64,000 nt of DNA from Octopus vulgaris (Eukaryota). The notes under the pieces are model-generated. The model worked only from the letters and a program-made list of their open reading frames with translations. It was not told the DNA's origin and searched no databases. The position numbers and the translations under genes are program-made. The stretch is taken from contig OX597818.1 of the NCBI GenBank assembly GCA_951406725.2, positions 68,200,001 to 68,264,000 on the forward strand, given 5' to 3'. Position 1 is the stretch's first letter, and each line of letters begins with the position of its first letter. Positions 13,395 to 25,749 of this stretch are shown here, piece after piece.

Positions 13395-13740
13395 AGGCAA
13401 GGCATGGCTGTGTGGTAAAAACTTGCTTCCCATCTACATGGTTCCGGGTTCAGTCCCACTGCGTGGTCATCTTGAGCAAGTGTCTTCTACTTTAAACTCA
13501 AGTCAAGCAAAGCCTTGTGATGAACTTGGTCTGTGTTTATGCTTGTGTTTGTCCGCTACCATCTCTTGACAACCAGTGATGTGAATGTTTTCGTCCTCGT
13601 AGCTTAGCGGTTCGGCAAAAGGTTCCGATATAATAAGTACCAGCCTTAAAAAAAAAAACACGGGTTGATTCATTTGGCTAAAATTCTTCAAAGTGCTGTC
13701 CCAGTATGGCCGCAGTCTAATGACCTGAAACAAGTAAAAT
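13395..13740 (+). mobile_element. SINE family A, near full length
   Basis: A box TGGCTGTGTGG, B box GGTTCAGTCCC, CORE-like CTTGAGCAAGTGTCTT, tail …GAAACAAGTAAAA. Confidence 0.85.
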
Positions 13741-14357
13741 GTGTTTTTTCTAATATTCCCTTTAAAAATATTCTCGTATTGATACAATAAGCCAGCTTAG
13801 AACATAATTGTCCAAATATATCTGGAATTTAAACGCTTGTTAAAACTGGCTGAGACTATAAGTAGCGTTATAGCGCGAATATTTTCAAAACTAATGGCGA
13901 TAGATGTTACAATCTATGTACTGCGGAGAGTAACTGGCGCCTTTTATTAAAGACATATTTAGTTTTGAACAAAAGATCAGAACTGCTGAATTGTTCAAGG
14001 CGCTTACGTAGAGATCAGTTGAGGATGTTTCAGCTATGAACTGGTTAAAAACCTTTATTTTCTATTTAAAGGATTTCTCCTATACTGAAATATTTATTTT
14101 TAATATTTATTAAAACGAGTATGTCGTTAGCGATAACCACCTGCCTTAATCGTGTTTCATATGTCAGCAACATTCTTGTTTAAGAATCATAAATTAGATG
14201 GATATAGATAAGGATATACATATACACACGTGTGTGTGTGTATGTGTGCAGAAATACATAAATGTATCGTTACACACACACACATATTACATAAGTATAT
14301 ATCTATGTCTGTGTATATGTATATATGCACACATATATGTGTGTGTGAGTGTGTGTA

Positions 14358-14574
14358 TTCTTTATTCTTTTATTTATTTCAGTTATTTGACTGCAGCCAT
14401 GCTGGAGCACCGCCTTTAGTCGAACAAATCGACGACATGACTTATTCTTTGTAAGCCTAGCACTTATTATATCGGTCTCTTTTGCCAAACCGCTAAATTA
14501 CGGGGACGTATACTCACCAACATCGATTGTCAAGCGATGGTGGGGGAACAAGCACACACACACAGACATATATA

Positions 14575-14611
<37 letters not shown>

Positions 14612-14770
14612 GAGGGGCTTTTTTCAGTTTCCGTCCACCAAATCCACTCACAAGGCTTTCGTCTGCCTGAGGCTATAGTAGAAATCACTTGTCCAAGATG
14701 CCACGCAGTGAGACTGAACCCGGAACTATGTGGTTGGTAAGCAAGCTACTAACCACACAGCCACTCCTGT
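14358..14770 (-). mobile_element. SINE family A, full length, internal (TA)n
   Basis: Reverse complement of the family-A consensus. Confidence 0.9.
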
Positions 14771-15325
14771 ATAGATTCATATGTGTATATGTGCATGTAT
14801 GTATATATTTGAAATCTTAATGCAATGCTTGATATAATAGTACAGAATAAAATATGGTATGCAATATATTATAAACAAAACAGAAATATATCAACATCCA
14901 GCCTCCTCCATACGTAACCGTGAAATAATTGGTTTCAAGAGACTGGAGGTGAAAAACAAAACTTCTTTGTCTGCTGTAGTATGAATAAAAATAAAAATGA
15001 AAAAGTGTTGACCCAGACAGACTTACATAAATATTTATGACAACGGCTGACACTTCTTTTATTGGTAAGGTTCTTAAAAACCTTCTACTATAATGATAAA
15101 CATATAAACATGAAATATGTCTTTGAGAAATGCACGTAAGACTGAATATAAATCTATGAGTAAATAATTTGTCTGCTTGTAAGTCGGAGAAATAAGCTTT
15201 TACTTTCTTATAATTTTGAAGATCATAATTTTAAACAACAACAAAAACAGCAGCAGATTAAGGGGATGAGGTAGTGGTGGTGAGGTATTGCTAATGGTGC
15301 TGGTGGTGGAGGTGGTAATTCTGCT

Positions 15326-15444
15326 GGTTAGTAGCCCGCGCTCTTAACCACTACGCCATATGGCGTAGCGATTAAGAGCGCGGGCTTTTATCCCCAAGAT
15401 TCCGAGTTCGCTTCCAAGCAGTGACCTGAATGATGATGATAATG

Positions 15445-15532
<88 letters not shown>

Positions 15533-15685
15533 TGACATCGAAAAATACCTTAGGAATGAGAAACCAGGTTCGAAATTTCCCCAAGACATCTGAAGAAGGC
15601 TGGAGGGTATATCAGCTGAAATGTTGTGTTAACAACAAACAAGATGATGACAAATATCCGTAAAATGTAAATAACGTAAATAATC
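15326..15685 (+). mobile_element. Family D element copy 2, with 5' fold-back inversion
   Basis: Head ATGGCGTAGCGATTAAGAGCGCGGGCT…GAGTTCGCTTCC, (AAT)n, hammerhead at 15585-15630, TGTAAATAA tail; inverted head 15326-15359. Confidence 0.9.
15585..15630 (+). ncRNA. Minimal type-I hammerhead ribozyme motif (family D)
   Basis: GACAT-CTGAAGA-A-GGCTG(GAGGGTATAT)CAGCT-GAAA-TGTT-GTGTT: CUGANGA/GAAA core with stem II and stem I pairing; family consensus stem III is the palindrome AACGTT. Confidence 0.7.
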
Positions 15686-15786
15686 TAAATAATATGTTAT
15701 GTTGTAGCTGATGTTGAGAGTGTGGTGGTGGTAGTAGTGAGGGTAGAGATTGCAGTTTTGGTGATAGTGTTGGTTTTTGCTGGTTG

Positions 15787-15818
<32 letters not shown>

Positions 15819-16512
15819 GGTGTTAGTGGTGGTGGTGCTTATGAATATTATGGTATTTGTTGTTGTTGTGATGTTGGTGGTAGTGCTCAGAGCCAGGTCA
15901 ATTGTGTATGAACAGACTTTTGATCAAAAGTCCTTCAACCCTGACGCTCTCCTCTCAGTCCTTTTATAAATTGGCATCCTTCTGATATGAAGGCAAGTAG
16001 ACTGTTGTTTCTCGCAGACCAATGATTGTATTGACTCTTGCTTTTGTGTATGTTATCCTTGTTTAGCCTCAGTTAATCTCTTAGATGACATTTTATCCAA
16101 TACATTCCATCCATGACCATCCAGACTGTTTTTTTTCCAAAACATAATGCATCTATGGGCACATTTCACAATATAGGTTTATATGGAGATTTGGCTGCTA
16201 TTTCTAGATAATTGCATGACTACATAAAGGTAATCTCCTTGATGATGGTGGTGGTGGTGTCGGTGGAAGTGGGGTTGATGTTGTTGTAATGCTTCTTGTT
16301 GCTTTTGGTGATGGTGATGATGGTGGTGGTTGTGGTGATGGTGATGGTAGTGGTGGTGATGGTGGAATCATTAGTAGAGGTGATGGTTATGTTGGCAGTG
16401 GCTTTAGTAGGGGTGGTGGGTGGGGTGGTAATAGTGATGGTGAGGGTTATAGTTGTGTTTTGGTGTTTTTGATTGCAACCTTAGCCAAAATAATGATGAC
16501 AACAGTTGGAAA

Positions 16513-16833
16513 CAGAGGTTCTGAAACTTTTGGGGGGCCACCCCCACTGGCACATAATACCCTCACCACCCACACCCCTATTTCTATGTATAAATGCTGT
16601 ACTAATTTATATACACAATCATTTGCTATTTAATATAATATTATATAATTTGTATTCAATACTATAATAATATTATGATAAATTCGTCGCGTCCCCTAGT
16701 TCACTGCCTTCCTCCCAACGCCTCCTTTTTCTCTGCCGCTCCCCACACCACTCTCTTAGACACCAGATCCCACCTGGACTCCTGCAACGCCCATCGGGGT
16801 GGGGGGCGGTAGCGCCCATTTTGAAAACCTATG
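16513..16833. mobile_element. hAT (Charlie-like) MITE
   Basis: Imperfect TIRs CAGAGGTTCTGAAAC / TTTGAAAACCTATG; 8-bp TSD GTTGGAAA (16505-16512) / GTTGGAAG (16834-16841). Confidence 0.75.
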
Positions 16834-18740
16834 GTTGGAAGAACCTTAATCCATTGGCAAGTTCCTCTGCCTGGATGCCCAACCTGCTAGAAACAGCTGA
16901 CAAATGTCCCTGAAATTACACCATCTTAAAAATGAATATATTCGAGGATGTAGTTCTTCTTTTGTTTTGTTTTGTTTGTTTGTTTTTTTTATGACCCTTA
17001 TCGGAAAACTGGATTTGATGACCATGACAGGAATGTCTTTTATGGATCTTTCCAGATTCACAGATCCCTTCTTTATTTCCTTAAAAATCTCCACACATTT
17101 AATTTCTTCATAACTATTATGAAAATTACAACCATTCTAAAGATAATTTTACGATAAAAAGTTACAAAGATGGAAATCTTTTCTTATTTTAGCCAGTCAG
17201 ATAAATCTCTTCATGACGGACGGTGCCATTTTAACTGATTCCATCACAAATAAAACATTTTGGTATTAGCATTTAGGGTTTAAAGATAATTTTAGGGTTC
17301 AGCTTAGTGCTTAGGGTCAGAGTTTGTACTGCATCCAAAAGGGCATCATTGCAGACGTTAATTTGTTTTGTTTTCTTTACTTTTTTTGCAGCAAGTATTT
17401 TCAGTTTTACATATATTTTTATTATTAATTCCTCAAACGTTAAAAATTCTTTGTGAATTTTGTTACATAATAATATGGAAAATCTAAAAGACAAAGACTT
17501 TCTGAAACACTACTTCAGCATGGAAAGAATTAATGGATCTCATTGATTGAAAGTACAAAGCAAAATAATGCAATATTTTATGATTTGTGCATGTATATAG
17601 ATAAATACATTGGCACATGTGTGTGTGTGTGTATATATATATCCTTTGGCTGAAGCTAGCCAAGAATCATGAAGACGCACTTAATGTTGACTTTTGGAAT
17701 GTTCTTATTAATGTTGAATTGGTGTATATTCACCGAAAGAAAACGAATTTTTTTCGCATGGTGTAACAACGCTATTCATCAATAAGAAATCACGTTTGAA
17801 ACAACTGTAGGGAATAAACCAATTTCCATCTGTTCTTATTTACTTCAATGTGTTTGTGTGTGTGTGTGTGTGTGTGCTTGCGTGTATGTGTGTGTGTCTG
17901 TATACGTTGTGGTTTATCCGTGAAATAGCGGTAAATAAATAATTCTGCGTAGATGTGAGGATATAAAAAGATAAAAATCATACAAATGATACGAGAAAAA
18001 TTTGAGGCAAAGAGGAAACAAAGAAACAAACAAACAAAAAGTACTGCAAGGAATCGGACAGACGAATGCGCATGCGTGGAAAATGTAGGAATAGAAACGG
18101 AAAATCAACATACAAATAAATGTAGAATGAAAGTGATATGCCAAAGAAGGAAATAGACGAGAATATGAGGTTGGAGAGACGTCCTTCATCAAAAGGAAGA
18201 AAAAATTGTATATATAGAAAATAATTGAGAAATCAGGGAAAAAGAAAATTGAACAAAAGCAATTGTTTTTTTTTTTTGCCTAATCTTTTCTATTCTCATT
18301 GATAAAAAGAATCAACCGAAACATCGGAATCTCGTTTGTTTTGTTATCATAAAAAAACTTCATTGAACACTTCTTTGATTGTTGCCTTTGCTTTATACTT
18401 CTACATTTTCTGAGGAGGTGCTTTGGTTTGTCTGACACCAAGCAGCAGTTTTGTTTGTCACCATTTCGCTTTATTTCTAATTGTATCCGTTACTCAACTG
18501 CAACGTTGCCTATACATGCTTATATATGTACATCAGTATATATATATTATACACACATACACACACATATATATATTTATAAATATATATATATACACAC
18601 ACGCACATACACATACATATACGTTCGTTATTCGATATCTGTGTAGAAATTTTGGGATAAACCGAAAGGATCCTATTTATTGTAAGTTTACAGAATCAGA
18701 ACGAATCTGAGAAGAAACATCAAATGTGCTGCTACTGGAA

Positions 18741-18864
18741 ATGATGATAGTGATGATTATGGTGGCGATGATGATGATAATGATGATTATGGTGGCGATG
18801 ATGATGATAATGATTATTATGGTGGCGATGATGATGATAATGCTTATTATGGTGGCGATGATAA
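18741..18864. repeat. 30-bp minisatellite built from ATG triplets (~4 units)
   Basis: ATGATGATAATGATGATTATGGTGGCGATG repeated. Confidence 0.9.
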
Positions 18865-18984
18865 AACGACAGCATTGATGGTGATGTTTGCAGAGGTGTT
18901 TTTAAAAGGATGATACTTGCTACAACTATGAGATGAAAAATGAGCATAATCTAATGATGATGATGATGGTGATAACGACAAACG

Positions 18985-19018
<34 letters not shown>

Positions 19019-21109
19019 GGTGACGACGACGACGATGATAATGATGATAATGATGATGATACTCTAGTTGGTAAGTTTGTTTACGTTTGCACAAACATTT
19101 GTATTCATAAACATAAATTAGTATATATTCATTTTTCTTTTTTAATGAAAGAAAAGATTATTTATGCTATAAAGATTCATTGATATTTCAGGAACACAAA
19201 TCTTAAATTTTAGTTCGTTTCGTAGAAAATATTCGCAAATTTAACACTTTAAATAAATGGGAGCAAATGGATCTCCCCCAGTTTCCACGATGAATATTCC
19301 AGGTGGCAGATTAAATATAACACCCCAAAACACAAGAATGGTTTATCCAGCACACATCTAGCAAATTCTAGACTAGAACAAAACGTATTTGAAGCTATGC
19401 AATATAAATGTGATTTACCGATAGAGCTGCTTTCCAACCGCCATGGATTCGGGTTCAGTCTCTCTGCAATGTGCTCACCTAGGACAAGTGACTTCAAATA
19501 TAAACCGAGGCCAACAAAATATTTGCAAGTAGATTTGGGAGATGCATGGTAAAAGACTGTCATGTGTACACAAATACACACATATGCACGCACACACTCA
19601 TGCAGATACGTACACATATATAAGGAGGGTGATTTATACAGATATAAGTATATGTGTGATCATTATTATGATATGTATATATACTGTGTAAATCATAAGC
19701 GTAAAAATAAGACTAATCTATTATCAGTGGTTCAAAGGCGTAATCCACATTGTTTAGGTTCCTCAGACCCTTTGGGAGAATATTAAAAAGCGCGACGGCA
19801 TTGTTGGGGTTTTTGGCACTGCACAGTGGCGACCTCTCCTGGCATTTGGGTACCTTTCAATGCCAAAAATTGGGACAATCCTTTCCATGAATATCCAGAT
19901 GTATATTATTGCATATCTCACTCGCCTTCACTCCATATGTATATATATATTATATATATACATACATACATACGCACATATATGTATACTAACAAACAGG
20001 AAAAAGTTGATGACAAGAGGGGCATCTGGTCATAGAAAATCTGCTACATCGAATTCCGTTTTGACCTATGCAAACATGGAAACATGAAGGTTGAAAACGA
20101 TGATGATGATGAGGAGGAGGAGGAAGAGGAGAAGGGGGAGGAGGATAGAGGAGAAGGGGAGGAGGAGGAGGTGGGAGTTTTACGATGACACCGATTATAA
20201 GGATGTTTGTTGATAATGAGATTGACAGTGATGGCTTGTCTCTAAAGAAAGGGATGAAATTCTGACGGTCTGTTATTGTTTGGTCAACTCGGACGAATCA
20301 AGCCTGTCTTGTAAGTTATTCCGGCCATGACCATTCTGCATAGTATGGGTTTGTCTAGGAATGCATTCTACAATGTACGTCTTTGATATTTAAGATGGTA
20401 AAATGCAATTCAAAGATTTGGTTGTTATTTCTAGCGGGTTAAGTGAACTTCTAGCAGGCTCCGTATTGGGTTTCTTGCCTGATGGTAATGATATTGGTAA
20501 TGGTGGGGTAATGATGGGGGTAGTCTTGATGTTATGGGTGATGAGGGGGGAGGCAGCAACAACCGTGACAACGACGATGTTGTCGGTAGTGTTGGTCGTG
20601 GTGATGATGAGGGTCATGTTGGTGAAGACGGAGATGACGATAGCAGCGAAGACGATGATGATAATGTTGACGACGATGATGATAGTGACGACGACAACGA
20701 CGGCGACAATGACGATTATGATGATGATGATGATGAGGATGATGATGATGATGATGATGATTGTGATGATGGTGATGGCGACGATGATGATAGTAACGGT
20801 GTGTTTGTTGATGTTTACACTCACATTTATATTCATAAACATAGGTTTGCAATATTTTTTTATAAAATGTGTAAAAAAAAAATATTCCTGTTATAAAGAT
20901 TCATTGATATTTCAGTTATTTCGGAAAACACAAATCTTAAATTTTAGTTAATCCGATACAAAATATTGAGAAAAAAAAATTATTAGCACTTTAAAGAAAC
21001 GCGATGGATCTCCACCAGTTGCACGATGAATATCTCAATTGTTTGATCACATGAACCGCAGCTTGCTGATTGGCTAATGGTGTAAGTGTAAATGTAAATG
21101 ATTGAAGTG

Positions 21110-21337
21110 CAACCATGCTGGAGCACCGCCTCAAAGAATGTTTTGTCCAACGAATCGGTTCCAGGGCTTTTTTAAGGTCTTGTCCTTATTCTATCGGTCT
21201 AATTTTGCCGAATTGCTAAGCTATGAGGACATGAACACACCAACGCTGGGTGCGAATCGGTGGAGGAGAACACACACATAAGCACACATACACAAACACA
21301 CACGTGCACACGCACACACACATACATACATACATAC

Positions 21338-21402
<65 letters not shown>

Positions 21403-21434
21403 TATACATATATATATATGTATATATATATATA

Positions 21435-21488
<54 letters not shown>

Positions 21489-21640
21489 CACACACACATA
21501 TATACATGCGTACATACATACGACGGGCTTCTTTCAATTTCCCTTTTTTTTGGATTGAGACTATAGTAGAACACAGTGCAACACAGCGGAACTGAACCCA
21601 AAACCGTGTGGTTTGGAAACACATTTCTTACCACAGCCTT
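21110..21640 (-). mobile_element. SINE family A with expanded internal (CA)/(TA) tract
   Basis: Tail at 21110-21270, head at 21520-21640. Confidence 0.75.
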
Positions 21641-22189
21641 GCTTGTGTGTATATTTATAACCCAAATATAGTTGTCGTGTGGATTTATCATGGCACAGAG
21701 TAACTTCGATAGAATTTCAATTACAGGCTGCAAAAAAAAAAAGAAAGAATTTCTCACATTTTAACCGGCCATTCGCGTGGTGCTAGTAATGTTAGGATGG
21801 TGTAAATAGTATCTTCTTGCAGTTAGTATTACTATGTTGTTCTAGATCAGTGCACACGGCAAGTTTTCTTTTGAAATGTATATCAAGAATATTTCGTTTT
21901 TGGATTTGGCTTGCAAGATTCTTTATTTGAGTTCGTGTGTTGAATCATATTCTGTTGTGTCTGGGGAGAGTCATTTCCTTTTTGTACCTCACCGGTAAAA
22001 TTTCCACTTGTTTATTATTTTTATTTTTCCTAAAATGTTCGTTGCGTCTTGCAACCTTTTCACTCAGATTGAAGAATGGCAACGTTTTTATAAAGTTTCT
22101 TAGACGTTTGCGTATTCGTTTTAGACTAAATGGTAATCATGCAGTTCTTGAATGAAAATCCATATAAGTACAAACTGAAAATTTCAGGT

Positions 22190-22480
22190 CACATGTCCAA
22201 CGCTGGAAAGAAAATTACCTGGAGGATCATGGGACATTTGGATTCTGGAAAGCTATTCAAGCAGAGGGTAGGTCTGTTTTCCAGTCACCTAAGTCTACAG
22301 CCTGTATAAATGATTCTTCTTTGTGCTTGACTGATCGAACTTTCTAAAGAATTTAAAAAATTAATCTCAAGTTCCATTCTTACAGAATGCCGGTTGTTCA
22401 GAAACTTCAGGTGTATGACTGGGAAAATCCCAAATTAGGCTGTAGAAGAATTTTTTTCCTTCAGTCTCTGCTCTTAAAGG
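22190..22480 (+). pseudogene. Tc1/mariner-type transposase remnant
   Basis: Frameshifted VQRWKENYLEDHGT…VFQSPKS…NLKFHSYRMPVVQKLQVYD, resembling the HTH region and the L.FHPYK…VQ.L…D motif of Tc1/mariner transposases. Confidence 0.55.
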
Positions 22481-22646
22481 ATCCATTCCAAACAGTTTCT
22501 GAGTTTATGCTAAAACACAGCTGAAATGTTCTGCTATGGGATTAAACCTAAAGCCTCATCGTTGTCAAATACACTTCTCTCCTATTAGACCAAGCCATAT
22601 CCAGATAAAGAAGTATGTATAGACACATACGCACGTGTGCAAGTCC

Positions 22647-22809
22647 ACACACACACACACATACACACAAGTATAAGCACACACACACACACATACACAC
22701 AAGTATAAGCACACACACACACATACACACAAGTATAAGCACACACACACACACACACACAAGTATAAGCACACACACACACACAAGTATAAGCACACAC
22801 GCACACACA
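22647..22809. repeat. Compound minisatellite (CA)n-AGTATAAG x5
   Basis: Direct reading. Confidence 0.9.
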
Positions 22810-23399
22810 TGTCCAGAGAGGAAAACTGCTTAGCAACTATTTTGCTAAAGTTTACGGCTATGAAAATTAGACATTATTTTTTATTAATCAGTTTGAGGAA
22901 AATCATAAAATAAAAACTGACTTTCATTTCTCCCCAAGGAATATTTGAGATACCTACTTAAGAGAAAGGAAGGCCTTGCCTTCTAGGACGTCTAGCTATG
23001 AAAACACTGACTGAAAAATGTCTTGTCCAACCCATCGTAGCATGGAAAGTTGATAGAAAATCTATGAGGATGATGATGATGGTGGTGGTGGTGGTGGTAG
23101 TTGTGGTGATTGTGGTGGTTGGTAGTGGTGGTGATGACGATGATGATTATGATGATGATGATGATATATTCATCGCTGTATTGTTGAATTGACAATTAAG
23201 TGATGCAGTAAAATCTGGATGATTTATCACCAGTTTCTGAACAAATAATCATCATTGTAGGTATTGAACACTTACATTCTTGTCGACCAAACCCCACACA
23301 GACCGACCAGTACGCACTCTCATATACAGCATGTGTGTATATAGACATACATAGATACATACACATACGTGTATATATCAAGATTTCGTTTATGTACAA

Positions 23400-24800
23400 C
23401 GATACTAATAACCTGGCTTTAAAACGCAATGTAATTTGCTTCAGAATAAGATGTTCGCCAACTACAGGGGGTAATATTAAATTATATCAGTGACAATGGA
23501 ACCAGAATTCGGTAATCCTCTTCATGAGCTTACGGCTGTTTCTGCTACAAGTTGCATTGAACTTAGAGCTGAGCAATTGTGAATGACCTGAGTATCTAAG
23601 TTAACCACAAATAGGGAAATTTTTAATAATATAACCAACTATTATACTGAGGCTCTCAACAGAAGTATTAATAAAGAAGAGATTATATATATATATATAT
23701 ATATATATGCCCAACCCATGGCCATAAAGTGACATTAAGTTTTCATAATTTAAAAACGCAAATAAATAAACATAAAATTATTTTGCACCTCGATACGCAG
23801 AGTCTGTCTTTAGGGACTCAGTCAGCTCTAAATGTTCAAACTCTAAGATAAAAACTAATAAATTCCTGCTTATTAGAAATTCTATTTACAATAACAGCAG
23901 CTGCACTTCCAGCATAATTCACACCAAGAGAAAGAATAGAAATAGGAAAGTTATATGGAATTACCATCCACATAATCTCTTGGAAGAAATATTCTTCTCT
24001 CTTCTTAAAACCAATTTCGCAGCTTACCTCGAACACTGGTTTTAAATTTTGGCACAAAGCCAGAAATTTCAGGAGTTAAGTCAAGTAGATTACATTGTTT
24101 CCAGTGCTCAACTGGAATTTATTTTATCGACACCGAAAGAATGAATGACAAAGTCGATCTCGGTGGAATTTGAACTCAGAAGGTAAAGATGAAATGCCAG
24201 TAAGCGTTTTGGTCTGGGCATTAAGGATCCTGCCGGCTCGCTGACTTACTACACCACACATATTACCAAATACTTAATAAGTACACTGTTCAGTTGTCTT
24301 ACTCTGCAAGCCAAACCTTGCTTTGACATTGCTAGGACTAATAACTTCAAAGCAAATAATACTAAACTATTTACACATATAAGTCCCACAATACATTATA
24401 ACCAATCACTAAATGGTCCTGATCACAGCATTATTCGTCCAACGAAGGGCTCTAATTCTTAAAGCCTGATCATCAACAGAACTCAACGTTAACCATTGTT
24501 TTAGTCGGCAGCACAACAATAATTCTTTGGCGTTTACCCAATACATCTCAGCTATAACTGATCATCTAAACTTCGAGCAGATACCAAATATCAAAATATT
24601 CATTACTATTAGCACAAAGCTCCTACTACTAAAACCTGTAATTGTAAAAACACCTACAATTGCCCATTAAATGGAAAATGTTTTACCAAAAACATCATCT
24701 ATCAGTGTCAAGCAATTACACCTGCAGATACTAGGGGACACATAGGAGCTACTACAAACAACTTCCAGAGACGCTTTCATGCATGTGCATTCATTCAAGA
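23400..24800 (+). mobile_element. Decayed Penelope-like element (RT C-terminus, linker, GIY-YIG endonuclease), interrupted by SINE B at ~24035-24246
   Basis: Colinear motifs: VSKLTTNREIFNNITNYYTEALNRS (~23592-23666), KRKNRNRKVIW (~23927-23960), NKYTVQLSYS (~24276-24305), KTCNCKNTYNCPLNGKCFTKNIIYQCQAITPADTRGHIGATTNNFQRRFH (~24631-24780). These match PLE CNC..CPL.G.C…IY…YIG.T…F..R motifs. Confidence 0.85.
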
Positions 24801-24996
24801 ACCCTCAAATTGGTTCATTCAACTTCATCAGGCCTGTGCATATGATACCGTAAAAATTTAAACACCCACTAAACCTTAAAATGGAGCGCAGTAATAGTTT
24901 CAACCGCATAAACGAGAAAAAAAAAAGCATATCGATTATACGGACAGGAAGCAATACTAATGGTACTGTCCGACACATGATTTCTTAAAAAAAAAA

Positions 24997-25227
24997 GGCG
25001 GCGAGCTGGCAGAATCGTTAGCACGTCGGGCGAAATGCTTTGCGGTATTTCGGCTGCCGTTACGTTGTGAGTTCAAATTCCGCCGAGGTCGACTTTGCCT
25101 TTCATCCTTTCGGGGTCGATAAATTAAGTACCAGTTACGCACTAGGGTCGATGTAATCGACTTAATCCCTTTGTCTGTTCTTGCTTGTCCCCTCTGTGTT
25201 TAGCCCCTTGTGGGTAGTAAAGAAATA
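24997..25227 (+). mobile_element. SINE family B, young full-length monomer
   Basis: GGCGGCGAGCTGGCAGAATCG…GAGTTCAAATTCC…GCCTTTCATCCTTTCGGGGTCGATAAATTAAGTACCAG…AAAGAAATA; TSD-like GATTTCTTAAAAA at 24979-24991 and 25228-25240. Confidence 0.9.
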
Positions 25228-25506
25228 GATTTCTTAAAAATGAAATTAGATAATTATTAATTGCAACCAGAAGGTTCTTTGAAAATTTAGATTCTGTTAC
25301 AAAAGAATAACAGATCTTGCTTAGCTTAATCTGACACAATTGATATTGCAAAGCAAAAACTAAAGGATACGATCCGCTACATCTTTTAACTCGTTTCTTG
25401 CGTTACATGCCTAAAAACGTTTTCACTTTGATTTGAATTTTAATCATAGTAGTTATGCTAATCAGTATTCTTTTTAATGTGTGCACTTTTAAACTTTATA
25501 CGTGTG

Positions 25507-25559
<53 letters not shown>

Positions 25560-25664
25560 ATGTGTCTCTCTATGATTATATATATATATAGAGAGAGAGA
25601 TAGATATAGATAGATAGATAGATAAACCTTAATTGGGAATGTATACATTGCGTTCAATCATATA

Positions 25665-25749
<85 letters not shown>

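Noticed and set aside
17270-17320. Interstitial telomere (TTAGGG x3)
   Set aside because: The hexamers are dispersed, not tandem.
22188-22267. Apparent 80-nt exon with AG/GT boundaries
   Set aside because: It lies within a frameshifted Tc1/mariner-like transposase remnant.
22647-22809. CRISPR-like repeat/spacer pattern
   Set aside because: The spacers are only (CA)n of varying length; eukaryotic minisatellite with no cas genes.
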